Part shown: positions 27,401 to 36,728 of the stretch, piece after piece
Layout of the letters: each line of letters begins with the position of its first letter
How positions within the stretch are numbered: the first letter of the stretch is position 1
Assembly (NCBI GenBank): GCA_964607415.1
Contig: CAZSKK010000002.1
Location: 288,585 to 352,584 of the forward strand
Length of the DNA stretch: 64,000 nucleotides
From: an uncultured Candidatus Saccharibacteria bacterium
Lineage (GTDB): Bacteria; Patescibacteriota; Dojkabacteria; J137
Direction: 5' to 3'
Program-made: the position numbers and the translations under genes
Notes under the pieces: model-generated
Database searches by the model: none
What the model was told of the DNA's origin: nothing
The model's input: the letters and a program-made list of their open reading frames with translations, nothing else

Positions 27401-28351
27401 CCATGCAGGATTTACCCCTGATTTCATTAAACCTTTAAGAACTCTTAATCTCTGTATAACTCTAGATTTTTTTAACTGGGATTTGCTTGATCTTAAAACT
27501 TCTTCAAGATTTACAATTTCTGTTTCGAGATTTAATTTTTCTAAAAGATTTTTAATAGCTTCAGCACCCATGCCTGCTTCAAAAAAGAAAAGATTATTTT
27601 CTTCAAGTAATTGATGTTCTTCTTCTGATAGAGTGGAGCCATTAGTTATATTCTCAATCAATGATTTTAATTCAGAATATTTTTTATCTACATTATCTTG
27701 CTTTTGTTTAAACGCTGATTTTAATTTTGCCAATTGACTTTTTTCGTTATTAGCAATTCTTTCAATTTGAAGATCAGCTTTACTTTTAACTTTTTCTGTT
27801 TTTTTAACTTCATTCACTTGATCTGCAAATGCTTTCTGGGTTTCTTCTATTTTTTCCTTAAGTTCTTTTTCTGTTTCTGCTTCCTCGCTCTTTTTAAGAT
27901 CTGCTAGACTTTCTAATGCCTCTTTTTGCTTAGTCTCATCCACACTTGTTACAACATATCGTGCGTAGTATACAACAGTTTCAAGTTTTTTCTGAGGAAT
28001 ATCTAAGATTAAAGACAATCTGTTTGGAATGCCGTTAGAAAACCAAACATGAGATACAGGAGCTGCTAATTTAATATGTCCCATTCTTTCTCTTCTTACT
28101 CTTTTATGTGTTACTTCAACCCCGCATCTGTCACACACGATACCTTTGTATCTTACTTTTTTGTACTTTCCACAGTAACATTCGAAATCCTTTACTGGGC
28201 CAAAAATTTCTTCAGCCATAAGCCCACCTGGCTCTGGTTTAAAAGTTCTATAATTAATTGTTTCTGCTTTTGTCACCTCACCAAAGGACCAGTTAAGAAT
28301 GTCCTGTGGAGATGCAATAGAGATTTTAACGGCATTAAAGTCTTTAAGCAT
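24416..28351 (-). CDS. rpoC: DNA-directed RNA polymerase subunit beta' (with a lineage-specific coiled-coil insertion around residues 140-255)
   Basis: Zn-finger CX2C...CX2C N-terminus, NADFDGDQMAVHLP catalytic motif, bridge helix and trigger loop regions; 1311 aa. Confidence 0.95.
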   Translation of the reverse strand: MLKDFNAVKISIASPQDILNWSFGEVTKAETINYRTFKPEPGGLMAEEIFGPVKDFECYCGKYKKVRYKGIVCDRCGVEVTHKRVRRERMGHIKLAAPVSHVWFSNGIPNRLSLILDIPQKKLETVVYYARYVVTSVDETKQKEALESLADLKKSEEAETEKELKEKIEETQKAFADQVNEVKKTEKVKSKADLQIERIANNEKSQLAKLKSAFKQKQDNVDKKYSELKSLIENITNGSTLSEEEHQLLEENNLFFFEAGMGAEAIKNLLEKLNLETEIVNLEEVLRSSKSQLKKSRVIQRLRVLKGLMKSGVNPAWVILDVLPVIPPDLRPIIQLPGGRFATYDLNDLYRRVINRNNRLKRLISLGAPEIILRNEKRMLQEAVDSLLDNSHKPGAPALNTRQMPYKSLSDMLRGKQGRFRQNLLGKRVDYSGRAVIISGPELGFHQCGLPKNIALELFKPFIIRELIVRGSAANPTRAKAIYESASDEVWDILEEVSKDRPVLLNRAPTLHKQSILAFYPVLIEGNAIRLHPMTCEGFNADFDGDQMAVHLPLSDKAVEEVRNRMFSKDNLLSPRDGMPIVNVAKDMAMGIYFLTLMKGDESTAVKAFGNDDLAVSAYHLNDIKFFEPIKVLRNGEVVTTTAGRIIFNRVLPPEMEYINKAMSKSDIAQLSSRIFREYGKDQTVKTLDGIKDLGFKYASRLGFSVSMDEFKFGTDELLNSGLKEYELKEDQLMEDYSEGMITEKELEWLKQKEWEKRSEEIKDSIWKVAVNQPKTENLLDLDKSGATPVSAWVKQISGVRGYVSDMYGNRVNLPLTKNYAAGLDNFQYFVAAKAVRKSMTDVALRTSDSGYLTRRLVDVAQDIITNQDDCGTNDGIYVDRNEQRQQKYGDRLKGRYAAEDVIDPKTKKVIVAKDEPITLEVSKLIEANEEITMVKVRSALTCKVSHGICRKCYGFDNATGKLIEIGEAAGIIAAQALGQPTTQLTLKSKSDARAAKSDVTQGLPRVEELFEARTPKALALISEIAGKVAIIDDKKKIKIRISALKKTNKKYDLSEGDTVVIKDGGKVKVGETLIVKSNKDEIKSELSGKIEILEKEVLVHANKEVEIEKFVNSMTDLMVKDGDTVAMGDQLTFGSVDPKELALYKGIYAAQKYIIKEIQYVYGIQGLEVDDRHLEIIVRQMSRYGLVTDSGDSEIFLPGDYADSLDIDSGNVELVKSDKRPVKYERILLGITNSSIRTESFLSAASFEQQVRVLTDAALIGKVDHLRGLKENVIIGRPVPLGEQLKMKLGLIESEDAFDNQVEEVEEIND

Positions 28352-28422
28352 ATTTTTTTAGTTAATAGTTATATTATTTAGCTATTAGCATTTAGCTTTT
28401 AGCAGATAGGTTTAATAATAAG

Positions 28423-31400
28423 TTAATTATTTTCTTCAATAACTTCTGTTGCTTCAGCCTTTGGCGTACCATTTCCAATGGAATCAATTATTTCTTCTAG
28501 AGCCATTTCTCCCATTTCCTCATCAATCTTGGCGTCAATTTTATCAAGTTTAATTGCAAGACCTGCAAGCTCTTTATCAAGAACGTTAAATGATTCAGGA
28601 ACGTTAGGAGCTTTGATTTTTTGACCAGAAATGATTGATTTGTAAGCGGCAGCTCTTCCCACCACATCGTCAGATTTAATAGTTAACATTTCATGAAGAA
28701 CTGTAGGTACTGCATGTGCTTCTAATGCCCATACTTCCATTTCCCCAAGCCTTTGACCTCCCATTTGAGCTTTTCCTCTTAATGGTTGTTGAGTTACAAG
28801 AGTGTATGGTCCAGTAGATCTTGCATGAACTTTATTTTCTGAAAGGTGATCCAATTTGAAGAAATGTTTAACTCCAACTGTTACCTTCTGGTCAAACTTT
28901 CTTCCGGTTCTACCATCGTATAAGTCGACTTTTTCTTCATAATCAACACCTTTTTCACGAGCCAAATCCAATAATGGCTGCATACTATATTTACTAAAAG
29001 GTTGAATTTCGACTTTGATTCCTAATTTGCTTGCCAATGCTCCAATATGGGTTTCAATAAGCTGTCCAATATTCATTCTACGAATCATAGATGCTGGGCC
29101 AAGAACAATGTCTACTGGTTGACCATCGGCCGTATGAGGCATGTCTGCTTCAGGAACAATCTTTGCAATAATTCCTTTGTCTCCGTGAAAACCTGTAAGT
29201 TTATCTCCAAGAGAAATTTTGTGAGTTTTTGCAACCCATACCTTTACTTGCTTTATAACACCAGCTCCAAGCTTTGCATGTTTTGCTCTATCTAAAATTT
29301 GAACTCCAACAACAACACCTCTTTCACCATATGGCATTCTTAATGAGTTATCTCTAACATCTCTTGCATATTCACCAAAAATTGCTCTTAAAAGTTTTTC
29401 TTCTGCAGTTAATTCAGTTTCACCTTTTGGAGCGATAATTCCAACAAGAATATCACCTGATTCAACACTTGCTCCAACTCTTATTACACCTTCCTCATCA
29501 AGATTTCTTAAAGCTCTTTCTCCAACTCCAGGAATATCTCTTGTGATTAATTCATCACCTAGTTTTGTTTCTCTTACTTCTTGAGCATATTCTTGAATAT
29601 GAACAGAAGTTAATACATCATTTTTGACCATTTTATCTGAAAGAACGATAGCATCTTCATAATTATATCCATCCCAAACCAAATATGCAGTCCTCAAATT
29701 GACACCAAGAGCAAGCTCACCATTTCTAGTGCAAGGACCATCAATGATTGGTTGACCTTTAGAAACTTTTTGTCCTGGCAATACAAGAGCAATTTGTGTA
29801 AAGCATGTGTTTTGATTTGTTCTTACAAATTTTTCAACTTCGTACACTTTTTTGTATTTATCTTTTCCTGCACCATATTCAACTATTATTTTGTCGCTAT
29901 CAGCTTCAATTACAGTTCCTTCTGCTTCTGCATAAACTGTTCTACCGCTAGCTTTTGCAGCTTCTTTTTCAAATCCTGTACCAACAATTGCAGATTGAGG
30001 ATTAACTAAAGGCACAGCTTGGTTTTGGGTTTTTGCACCGTAGAAAGCTCTGTTAGGGTCATCATTTCCAACTGCTGGAATTAATGATAATCCTAAACCT
30101 GCAATTTGAGCAGGGCTAATATCAATATAATCAAGTTCTTTTGTGGCAATTTTCTTGTAGCCTTTTGCAACCCTTACATATGAAGTTTCTTGTACAATAT
30201 TTCTATTCTCGTCCATTTCAATTGAAGCACTACCTATTTTTAGTTTTAATTCTTTATCTGTATCTAAGTAGGTAACTTCAGTATCAGCAAAAGGTATAAG
30301 TTTGATTGTTTCAACATCTGTTTTCTTAAGTTGATCTATTACTTTAGAAGTAAATTCGCTTCCTTTTTTTGCAATAACTTTTCCTCCTACCCTTAGATCT
30401 TCAGCAATTAACCTTCCTTTAAAGTTAGAAATTTTATCATTTTTCAAGTTAAATTCTTTGATTACTTTATGATATGGAGCTTCTAAAAATCCATATTCAT
30501 TAATCTTTGCATAAACAGCAAGTTGGTTGACCATACCAATTCCAGGACCTTCTGGAGTTGTAATTGCGCAAAGTTTTGAATAGTGAGAATTATGAACATC
30601 TCTAACTGAGAATGTCGCTCTTTCTTTCGTTAAACCTTTTGGACCAGTAGCTGTAATTTTTCTTTTAGCCTCAAGTTCACTTAAAATATTTTCTTGATCC
30701 ATGTATCTTAGTAATGCACTGCTACCAAAAAACTGATTAATTGCTGCACTTACTGGTCTTGTATTAATTAACATTGCAGGAGTAACTTTTTCATCTGATG
30801 AATAAGTACTCATTCTGTCTCTAATATTCTTTTCCATCAAAAGAACACCTACTCTAATTCTTTCACTTAAGATTTCATTGATACCTCTAATTCTCCTGTT
30901 TGAAAGACTGTCTATATCATCAGGAAGTTGAGTTCCATTATTAAGTCTTATAACTGCTTTGATTATTTCTACGATGTCCCTTCTTTTTAGAAGATAATCA
31001 GAAATTTTAATATCTTCTTCTATTCCAAGTTTTTTGTTTAGTTTATATCTACCAATTCTTCCAAGATAAAATCTTCTTTTATTAAAGAAAATATTTTCTA
31101 GAAATACCTTTGCATTCTCAAGTGTAACAGAATCTTCTGGTCTTAATTTTCTATAAATATCAATTAATGCCTCTTCGGTATTTTTTGTTACATCCTTTTT
31201 AAGGGTTGTATCAATATATTTGAATTCGCCAGTATCAGCATCGCCTATTGCTTTTCTGATTTCTGCATCTGTTCCATAACCAAGTGCTCTTAAAAGTGTA
31301 GTTAGTAGAATTCTTGGCCTTTTTTCAAGTAACTTAACGCTCATTACTCCGTATTTGTTAACATCAAATTCATACCATTTTCCTCTAAAAGGCATAAGTT

Positions 31401-31866
31401 TTGCAGAATAGATAGGTTTTTGAGAAGTAGATGCCTTACTTTCGGAAAATAATAATCCTTCTGATCTTAAAATCTGAAACACAACGACTCTTTCATTGCC
31501 ATTAATCATAAAAGAAGCTCTTTCACTCATTATTGGCATGTCACATAGAAATATTCTTTGTTTTTTAATTTCGCCAGATCTTTTATTAAGTAGTTTTGCA
31601 TTTACATAAACCGGAGCATCGTAGCTTTGTCCTAGAAGTTGTGCTTCTCTGAATTGAAGTTTTGGTTCACCCCATTCAACTGCTTCAAATGAAAGCACCC
31701 AGGTTGATCCAGTGTAGTCTTGTATAGGATTGATTTCATCGAATAATTCTTCAAAACCATTTTCAATAAAATCTCTGAAAAATTTTTTCTGAGCCTCCAG
31801 AAGATCCATTTCCAATGGAGTAGTTGGGTTTGTTGTGAGCTTGAGTCTTTTAGTAGGTTCAGCCAT
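28423..31866 (-). CDS. rpoB: DNA-directed RNA polymerase subunit beta
   Basis: 1147 aa; conserved blocks including GDKLTGFHGDKGI, rifampicin-region motifs and a C-terminal clamp. Confidence 0.95.
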   Translation of the reverse strand: MAEPTKRLKLTTNPTTPLEMDLLEAQKKFFRDFIENGFEELFDEINPIQDYTGSTWVLSFEAVEWGEPKLQFREAQLLGQSYDAPVYVNAKLLNKRSGEIKKQRIFLCDMPIMSERASFMINGNERVVVFQILRSEGLLFSESKASTSQKPIYSAKLMPFRGKWYEFDVNKYGVMSVKLLEKRPRILLTTLLRALGYGTDAEIRKAIGDADTGEFKYIDTTLKKDVTKNTEEALIDIYRKLRPEDSVTLENAKVFLENIFFNKRRFYLGRIGRYKLNKKLGIEEDIKISDYLLKRRDIVEIIKAVIRLNNGTQLPDDIDSLSNRRIRGINEILSERIRVGVLLMEKNIRDRMSTYSSDEKVTPAMLINTRPVSAAINQFFGSSALLRYMDQENILSELEAKRKITATGPKGLTKERATFSVRDVHNSHYSKLCAITTPEGPGIGMVNQLAVYAKINEYGFLEAPYHKVIKEFNLKNDKISNFKGRLIAEDLRVGGKVIAKKGSEFTSKVIDQLKKTDVETIKLIPFADTEVTYLDTDKELKLKIGSASIEMDENRNIVQETSYVRVAKGYKKIATKELDYIDISPAQIAGLGLSLIPAVGNDDPNRAFYGAKTQNQAVPLVNPQSAIVGTGFEKEAAKASGRTVYAEAEGTVIEADSDKIIVEYGAGKDKYKKVYEVEKFVRTNQNTCFTQIALVLPGQKVSKGQPIIDGPCTRNGELALGVNLRTAYLVWDGYNYEDAIVLSDKMVKNDVLTSVHIQEYAQEVRETKLGDELITRDIPGVGERALRNLDEEGVIRVGASVESGDILVGIIAPKGETELTAEEKLLRAIFGEYARDVRDNSLRMPYGERGVVVGVQILDRAKHAKLGAGVIKQVKVWVAKTHKISLGDKLTGFHGDKGIIAKIVPEADMPHTADGQPVDIVLGPASMIRRMNIGQLIETHIGALASKLGIKVEIQPFSKYSMQPLLDLAREKGVDYEEKVDLYDGRTGRKFDQKVTVGVKHFFKLDHLSENKVHARSTGPYTLVTQQPLRGKAQMGGQRLGEMEVWALEAHAVPTVLHEMLTIKSDDVVGRAAAYKSIISGQKIKAPNVPESFNVLDKELAGLAIKLDKIDAKIDEEMGEMALEEIIDSIGNGTPKAEATEVIEENN

Positions 31867-32094
31867 ATTTGTATAATAATTGTGTTAAATAAAGCCCATT
31901 GATAAAAAGGGCATACAAAAAGGCGTACTTATGTTTAAGTACGTTAAATTTTTAATTTCAAATTAAGAATTTCTGAAAAGTTTCCTTTTCTGCTTGGTGA
32001 AAATCATTATTTCTCTGCAAAACTACGTTTCACTTTATAACACAAAAAGAAGCAAAAGACAAGTTTAAAGATCAAAATAATAGTAATTGTGAAT

Positions 32095-32170
32095 AAATTC
32101 GAAATACTAAATCTGAAATTCTAAATAAATTGAAATCATAAATCACAAATTAGTTTCAAGATTCAAATAA
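32095..32170. repeat. AT-rich intergenic element upstream of rpoB, paralogous to 15498-15560
   Basis: gaataaattcgaaatactaaatctgaaattctaaataaatt matches gaattaaattcgaaatcgtaaatccgaaattctaaacaaatt. Confidence 0.35.
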
Positions 32171-32245
32171 AGTTAACTTGTTAATTCGTGCTGAGTTAAT
32201 TTGTAATCACCAATTAACCTTTTACCAGTCAACTAATTGACACTT

Positions 32246-32292
32246 ATTGCACTAACCTGAAGCTCTCTTGCTCTCTACCTCTTGGGCTCTTG
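32246..32292 (-). repeat. GC-rich dispersed repeat (AAGAGGTAGAGAGC family), minus orientation
   Basis: Reverse complement aagagcccaagaggtagagagcaagagagcttcagg; compare gaagaggtagagagctgcagagc at 7046-7068. Confidence 0.4.
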
Positions 32293-32299
32293 TGCTTAC

Positions 32300-32956
32300 T
32301 TACTTCCAGTCAGTAGGATCTATATTATTAACTACAGCATCTGCTTTAACTTCAATGTTAACAAGGTTAGCAGAAAGAGAGTTCTGACATTCACTTACAT
32401 CTTTTTCTTGAGTACATTTTACATATTCAGTGTAGTAGGCTTTGGGTTCTTGAATTAATGTTCCAGTTTCATCATCAATATTGATTGCAAATACAGAATA
32501 GATGCCTACTGGTACAACAAGTGAAAAATCTCTAGTAATGGCTGAAACAGATGCACAAAATCTTGAACTTTTATTAGAAGTATTTTCAGCACAAACAAAT
32601 TGATACTTATTAAATGATCCTCCTGATATTACAATTGGAACAACTGATCCTTTTATGATCCCAGACTTTCCATATTTCTCAAGTTGCTTTTTTAAAGAAT
32701 CGTTATCTATGTTTAACTCTTCGTTCATAGCTTCAAGGTCTGAGATTTTATTCTTTAACTCATTTACTTGTTCACTTGTGGCTTCTTCACCTTGGTTTTT
32801 ACCATTTTTAAAGTCATTAAACTCATTTTGTAGATCATTGTAGTCGTTCGTTTTTGCGTATAATGCAATACCCAAAACTATTGTAGATGCAATCAAAGTA
32901 AGAAATAAAATCACGACAAGAACTTTTAATAAATTTTTAACAACCTTTTTAAACAT
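32300..32956 (-). CDS. hypothetical membrane-anchored coiled-coil protein
   Basis: N-terminal TM helix, coiled-coil heptads (ELKNKISDLEAMNEELNIDNDSLKKQLEK), Cys-containing C-terminal domain. Confidence 0.4.
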   Translation of the reverse strand: MFKKVVKNLLKVLVVILFLTLIASTIVLGIALYAKTNDYNDLQNEFNDFKNGKNQGEEATSEQVNELKNKISDLEAMNEELNIDNDSLKKQLEKYGKSGIIKGSVVPIVISGGSFNKYQFVCAENTSNKSSRFCASVSAITRDFSLVVPVGIYSVFAINIDDETGTLIQEPKAYYTEYVKCTQEKDVSECQNSLSANLVNIEVKADAVVNNIDPTDWK

Positions 32957-33116
32957 AACAGAATGTGTAATAGTTATATAAAAATTTTAGCATGAAGATC
33001 AAGTATTGTGGATATGTATTCAAAAGCGGGAGAACTGTTGAAAAGTTTCAATGCTATAAAGTTTTAAAGTAAAAAGGTTTTAGCGTTATATAATTGAAAC
33101 TTTTCAACTTTCCAAA

Positions 33117-34595
33117 CTAAACCTCTACTTTCACCACTTTTTTTGCATTTCGTTGCGCTTTAGCATAAACAATTTGAGTTAACCCCAAACCGATAAAAGT
33201 TGCAAGAACACTACTACCACCGTAGCTTATTAAAGGCAAAGGAACACCAGTGATGGGCAGAATTCCTATATTCATTCCTATATTTTGAAAAACATTAAGA
33301 ATAATCATTGAGGCTACTCCAACACAAATAAGTCTTCCAAAAGTCCCAGAGTTTCTGCTGTAAGAAAGAATTCTTATTATAAGAATATAAAAAAGAAAAA
33401 TTATAAAACTTCCCCCTATAAATCCAGTTTGCTCAGCAATACTTGCAAAAATAAAGTCTGTTTCAGGAAAAGGTAATAACCCAGAGTTGACTTGTGTTCC
33501 TTTCATTAATCCTCTTCCAAAGATTTGACCAGCTCCAACCGCGGTTTTTGATTGTTCTTTATTCCAGTTTATACTTAAATTTTGGTCATTATCATTCGAA
33601 AGATAACTTTCAATTCTAGTCTTTTGATAATCCAGTAGTAAATAGTCATAAGAAATTGTTAAAAAGGGAGTAATTGAAAGTCCAGTTAGTAAAAGTCCTA
33701 AAAAAATAAATAGATTTCCTTTTAAAAATTTGATCAAAATTGCTATAAAAATACTTATTAATGTAAGAATAAGTATTTTTAAATCTAGATTGATATTTAA
33801 GGTGATTATTTCCGGTTGAAAAATTGCAATGCTAAAAACTAGTCCTAGTACTAAAGTTATAAAGTAAATGAAGACAGTTTTGGTAAGTTTGATTAATGAT
33901 AACAACATTAAAGTGTAAATAGCGCTTATTAGCAATGAATTTCCCAAAGAGTTCTGTTGAAATACCAGAGTAATACTTATAAATAAGCAAAAAAAACTTG
34001 TAGAAATTAAAATTATTTTTTGTAGATTATTCCTAAAGAAAATCTTTAGCAGCCCTGTATCGTGTTTTTGTTCATAAATATTATAGATTTTGCCTACGTT
34101 GCGTTTGAACTTATAACTTAGCAAAAAAGAAGTAGTAAGAATGATTGTAATTTTGGCAAACTCAGATGGCTGAAGAGTAAATCCACCAATAGCAATCCAC
34201 CTTTTGGCGCCATTTATTTCTGCGCCAAAAATTAATACCCAAATAAGTAAAACAATATTTAGGAAAAAACAAAAAAGAATAAATTCCCATTTTTTCAAAT
34301 GTTTTAAATCTACATTTGAAATAAAGATAAAAATAATCGTGCCGATTATGTAAAATAAAATCTGGTTCCAGAATAGTGGCGAAACACCTTCTTGTTTTAC
34401 ATAGGTTGTTGTAAAAATTGCCACACTTCCTGCGATAGAAATTAGTGCAATTAAAGCAACCATTATAGGGTCTAGTGGTTTTAAAAAAATTGAATTTTCT
34501 CTCAACGTAGAGCTCGAACTCTTAAATATATCTGTTTTAAACTTAATCTTACTTGAGGTTTTATTAGTAAGGTGACCTTTTTGTCTCTTTTTCAT
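33117..34595 (-). CDS. SEDS-family peptidoglycan glycosyltransferase (FtsW/RodA) with N-terminal extension
   Basis: PSEFAKITIIL, GAKRWI, LPFPETDFIFASIAEQTGFIGG and GVPLPLISYGGSS conserved SEDS motifs. Confidence 0.8.
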   Translation of the reverse strand: MKKRQKGHLTNKTSSKIKFKTDIFKSSSSTLRENSIFLKPLDPIMVALIALISIAGSVAIFTTTYVKQEGVSPLFWNQILFYIIGTIIFIFISNVDLKHLKKWEFILFCFFLNIVLLIWVLIFGAEINGAKRWIAIGGFTLQPSEFAKITIILTTSFLLSYKFKRNVGKIYNIYEQKHDTGLLKIFFRNNLQKIILISTSFFCLFISITLVFQQNSLGNSLLISAIYTLMLLSLIKLTKTVFIYFITLVLGLVFSIAIFQPEIITLNINLDLKILILTLISIFIAILIKFLKGNLFIFLGLLLTGLSITPFLTISYDYLLLDYQKTRIESYLSNDNDQNLSINWNKEQSKTAVGAGQIFGRGLMKGTQVNSGLLPFPETDFIFASIAEQTGFIGGSFIIFLFYILIIRILSYSRNSGTFGRLICVGVASMIILNVFQNIGMNIGILPITGVPLPLISYGGSSVLATFIGLGLTQIVYAKAQRNAKKVVKVEV

Positions 34596-34667
34596 TGCAG
34601 GTAAGAAAGATTAGTTAGATTAATTAGTTTAATTATGCTACAATCACAAAGCTAAATTCAATTATAT

Positions 34668-36212
34668 ATGTTTATGGTTAACAGTCAAAAAAAGCTTAGA
34701 CAACCAGTAGTTGCTGTAATGGGTCACGTGGATCACGGTAAGACTTCGTTTTTGGATGCAATTAGAGGAACCAGAGTTCAGGATAAAGAAGCAGGCGGCA
34801 TTACTCAAAATACAAGAGTACACGAAGTAACTTTAAAAAATGGGTTTAAAATTACATTTATTGATACTCCCGGTCACGAGGCTTTTAGCAATATGAGAGA
34901 AAGAGGTGCTAAAGTAACAGATTTTGTAGTACTGATTGTTGCTGCAGATGATGGAATCCAACCACAGACAAAAGAATCTATAAAATTTGCACAAGATAAT
35001 GGTGTGCCAATTATTGTTGCAATTAATAAAATTGACATTGCTGGAGTAAAAACAGAAAAAATTAAAAAAGAATTGGCAAGTTTTAATGTTGTAATTGAAG
35101 AGTATGGAGGTGAGACACTTTGTTTTGAAATATCTGCTAAAACAGGTTTAAATTTAGATAAACTTTTAGAAGGGATTGAGTTACTAACAGAAGTTTCTGA
35201 GCTATCGCCAAGAGCAATTAGAGAAAATACTTTGGCTGAAGCATTTGTATTGGAATCTTTGCTGGATAAAAATCTAGGGGCAATTGCAATTTGTATTCTA
35301 AAATCTGGAAACCTTTCCGAAAGAGTTTATGCAGTTACAAAAGAAGGTACATTCAAAATTAGAGCTTATTTAAATGAAAATTTAAAACAAATAAGTACTG
35401 TTAACGAATCAGCGCCTGTGATTCTTACTGGGCTTAAAAAAGAAATTTCAGCAGGTGATACTGTTTACTTCACACAATTGGAAGAAAATGCAAAAGAGTT
35501 GGAAAAAGAACTAATTCAACAAGAGGAACAATCAGAAAAACTTACGGCAGAATCAATTTTTGCACAAATGTTGATCAATAGAGAAGAGAAGAAGCAAGGA
35601 ATAGAGCAAAAAATATTAAACATTATTTTAAAATCGTCTACGGTAGGCACTTTAGAAGCTATTAAAGTTCAACTCGAAAAACTGAATGCTGAAGATGCAA
35701 AAGTAAACATAATTGCATCGGGTACAGGATCTATTAAAGAAGAAGATATTTTTAGAGGCAAAGCTGCCAAGGCAATCGTTGTTAGCTTTCAACTTCCAAT
35801 AGATACAAAACTTCAAATGATTGCAAAGCAAGAAAAAGTATTAGTTAGAAACTATGAAATCATTTATGAACTGGTAGATGAACTGGCTGATGTTCTGGAT
35901 AGCTTAGGCTCTCCAATAGAAGAAGAAATTGAAATCGCAAGAGCGAAAGTTAAGCAAGTTTTTGAATTGAGCAATAAAAGCTTTGTGGCAGGTTGTGAAG
36001 TTACTAAAGGTACAATGCTGAAGGGCTTTAGGGTAAAAGTAGAAAGAAAGGGAATAGAACTTGGTAAAGGTAAAATTTCATCTTTAAGACAAGGTAAGAA
36101 TGAAGTTAAGGAAGTTAAAAAGGGCCTAGATTGCGGTATTCTATTAGATCCTCAAATTCCAGATATACAAGAAGGGGACGAAATAATTGCCTTCAGAATT
36201 GAACGGACCTAA
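34668..36212 (+). CDS. infB: translation initiation factor IF-2, short form (G2-C1-C2 only)
   Basis: QPVVAVMGHVDHGKTSFLDAIRGTRVQDKEAGGITQ, DTPGHEAF and NKID G-domain; 514 aa lacking the N-terminal domains of long bacterial IF-2. Confidence 0.85.
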   Translation: MFMVNSQKKLRQPVVAVMGHVDHGKTSFLDAIRGTRVQDKEAGGITQNTRVHEVTLKNGFKITFIDTPGHEAFSNMRERGAKVTDFVVLIVAADDGIQPQTKESIKFAQDNGVPIIVAINKIDIAGVKTEKIKKELASFNVVIEEYGGETLCFEISAKTGLNLDKLLEGIELLTEVSELSPRAIRENTLAEAFVLESLLDKNLGAIAICILKSGNLSERVYAVTKEGTFKIRAYLNENLKQISTVNESAPVILTGLKKEISAGDTVYFTQLEENAKELEKELIQQEEQSEKLTAESIFAQMLINREEKKQGIEQKILNIILKSSTVGTLEAIKVQLEKLNAEDAKVNIIASGTGSIKEEDIFRGKAAKAIVVSFQLPIDTKLQMIAKQEKVLVRNYEIIYELVDELADVLDSLGSPIEEEIEIARAKVKQVFELSNKSFVAGCEVTKGTMLKGFRVKVERKGIELGKGKISSLRQGKNEVKEVKKGLDCGILLDPQIPDIQEGDEIIAFRIERT

Positions 36213-36221
36213 CCATTACCC

Positions 36222-36665
36222 TTGTGCTTTATGGAATTTATAAAAGATATTAAGATCTTAACTCTTGCAAGTCTAATTATTTTAGCAACTTCTTGTGCTG
36301 AAAAAGACTATACGGCATTTATAGCCAACGAACAATATCTTGTTTTTGGACTTTCTGAAACAGATGCAAACATTCTATCTCAATATTCAGGGGTACCAAC
36401 TAATCTATTCTCCAAAATGTATTGTAAAACTGAAGTTGAAATTAATGAGGATATTTCGATTAGCACGGTAGAAATTTTTACTGGTGAGTTAAATGAAGCA
36501 TCTTTTCAAAAAATTGGAGCGATTGAATCTTTAAGATTTGATGGATCTGAAGAAGCATTATCCTTTACAATGAATGGTAAAGTCATTGAATTGAGATCAG
36601 ATTCAACTGATATTGCGCATCGAATAATGGAATTTTGTTCGGAAGACAGTGTTTCTGAAGCATAA
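36222..36665 (+). CDS. hypothetical lipoprotein
   Basis: Signal peptide with lipobox LATSC; 147 aa. Confidence 0.4.
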   Translation: MCFMEFIKDIKILTLASLIILATSCAEKDYTAFIANEQYLVFGLSETDANILSQYSGVPTNLFSKMYCKTEVEINEDISISTVEIFTGELNEASFQKIGAIESLRFDGSEEALSFTMNGKVIELRSDSTDIAHRIMEFCSEDSVSEA

Positions 36666-36670
36666 ATCAA

Positions 36671-36707
36671 ACAGGAAGGTTTGAGGATATGCCTCAAACC
36701 TTCCTGT
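36671..36707. terminator. bidirectional terminator hairpin (16-bp stem) between the lipoprotein gene and the giant surface-protein gene
   Basis: ACAGGAAGGTTTGAGG-ATATG-CCTCAAACCTTCCTGT perfect stem between convergent stops. Confidence 0.55.
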
Positions 36708-36728
36708 AGGTTTCTTTAACACTAAAGT

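Noticed and set aside
24564-28381. Multiple 60-100-aa ORFs inside or antisense to rpoC and rpoB (24564..24749, 25101..25349, 25521..25721, 27150..27350, 28076..28381, 29047..29295, 29752..30009)
   Set aside because: Embedded in highly conserved RNAP genes on the opposite strand or frame; no independent signals.
31867-32299. Ribosomal-protein leader or L10/L12 genes upstream of rpoB
   Set aside because: No ORFs with rplJ/rplL character; the region instead contains AT-rich and GAGAGG-family repeats.
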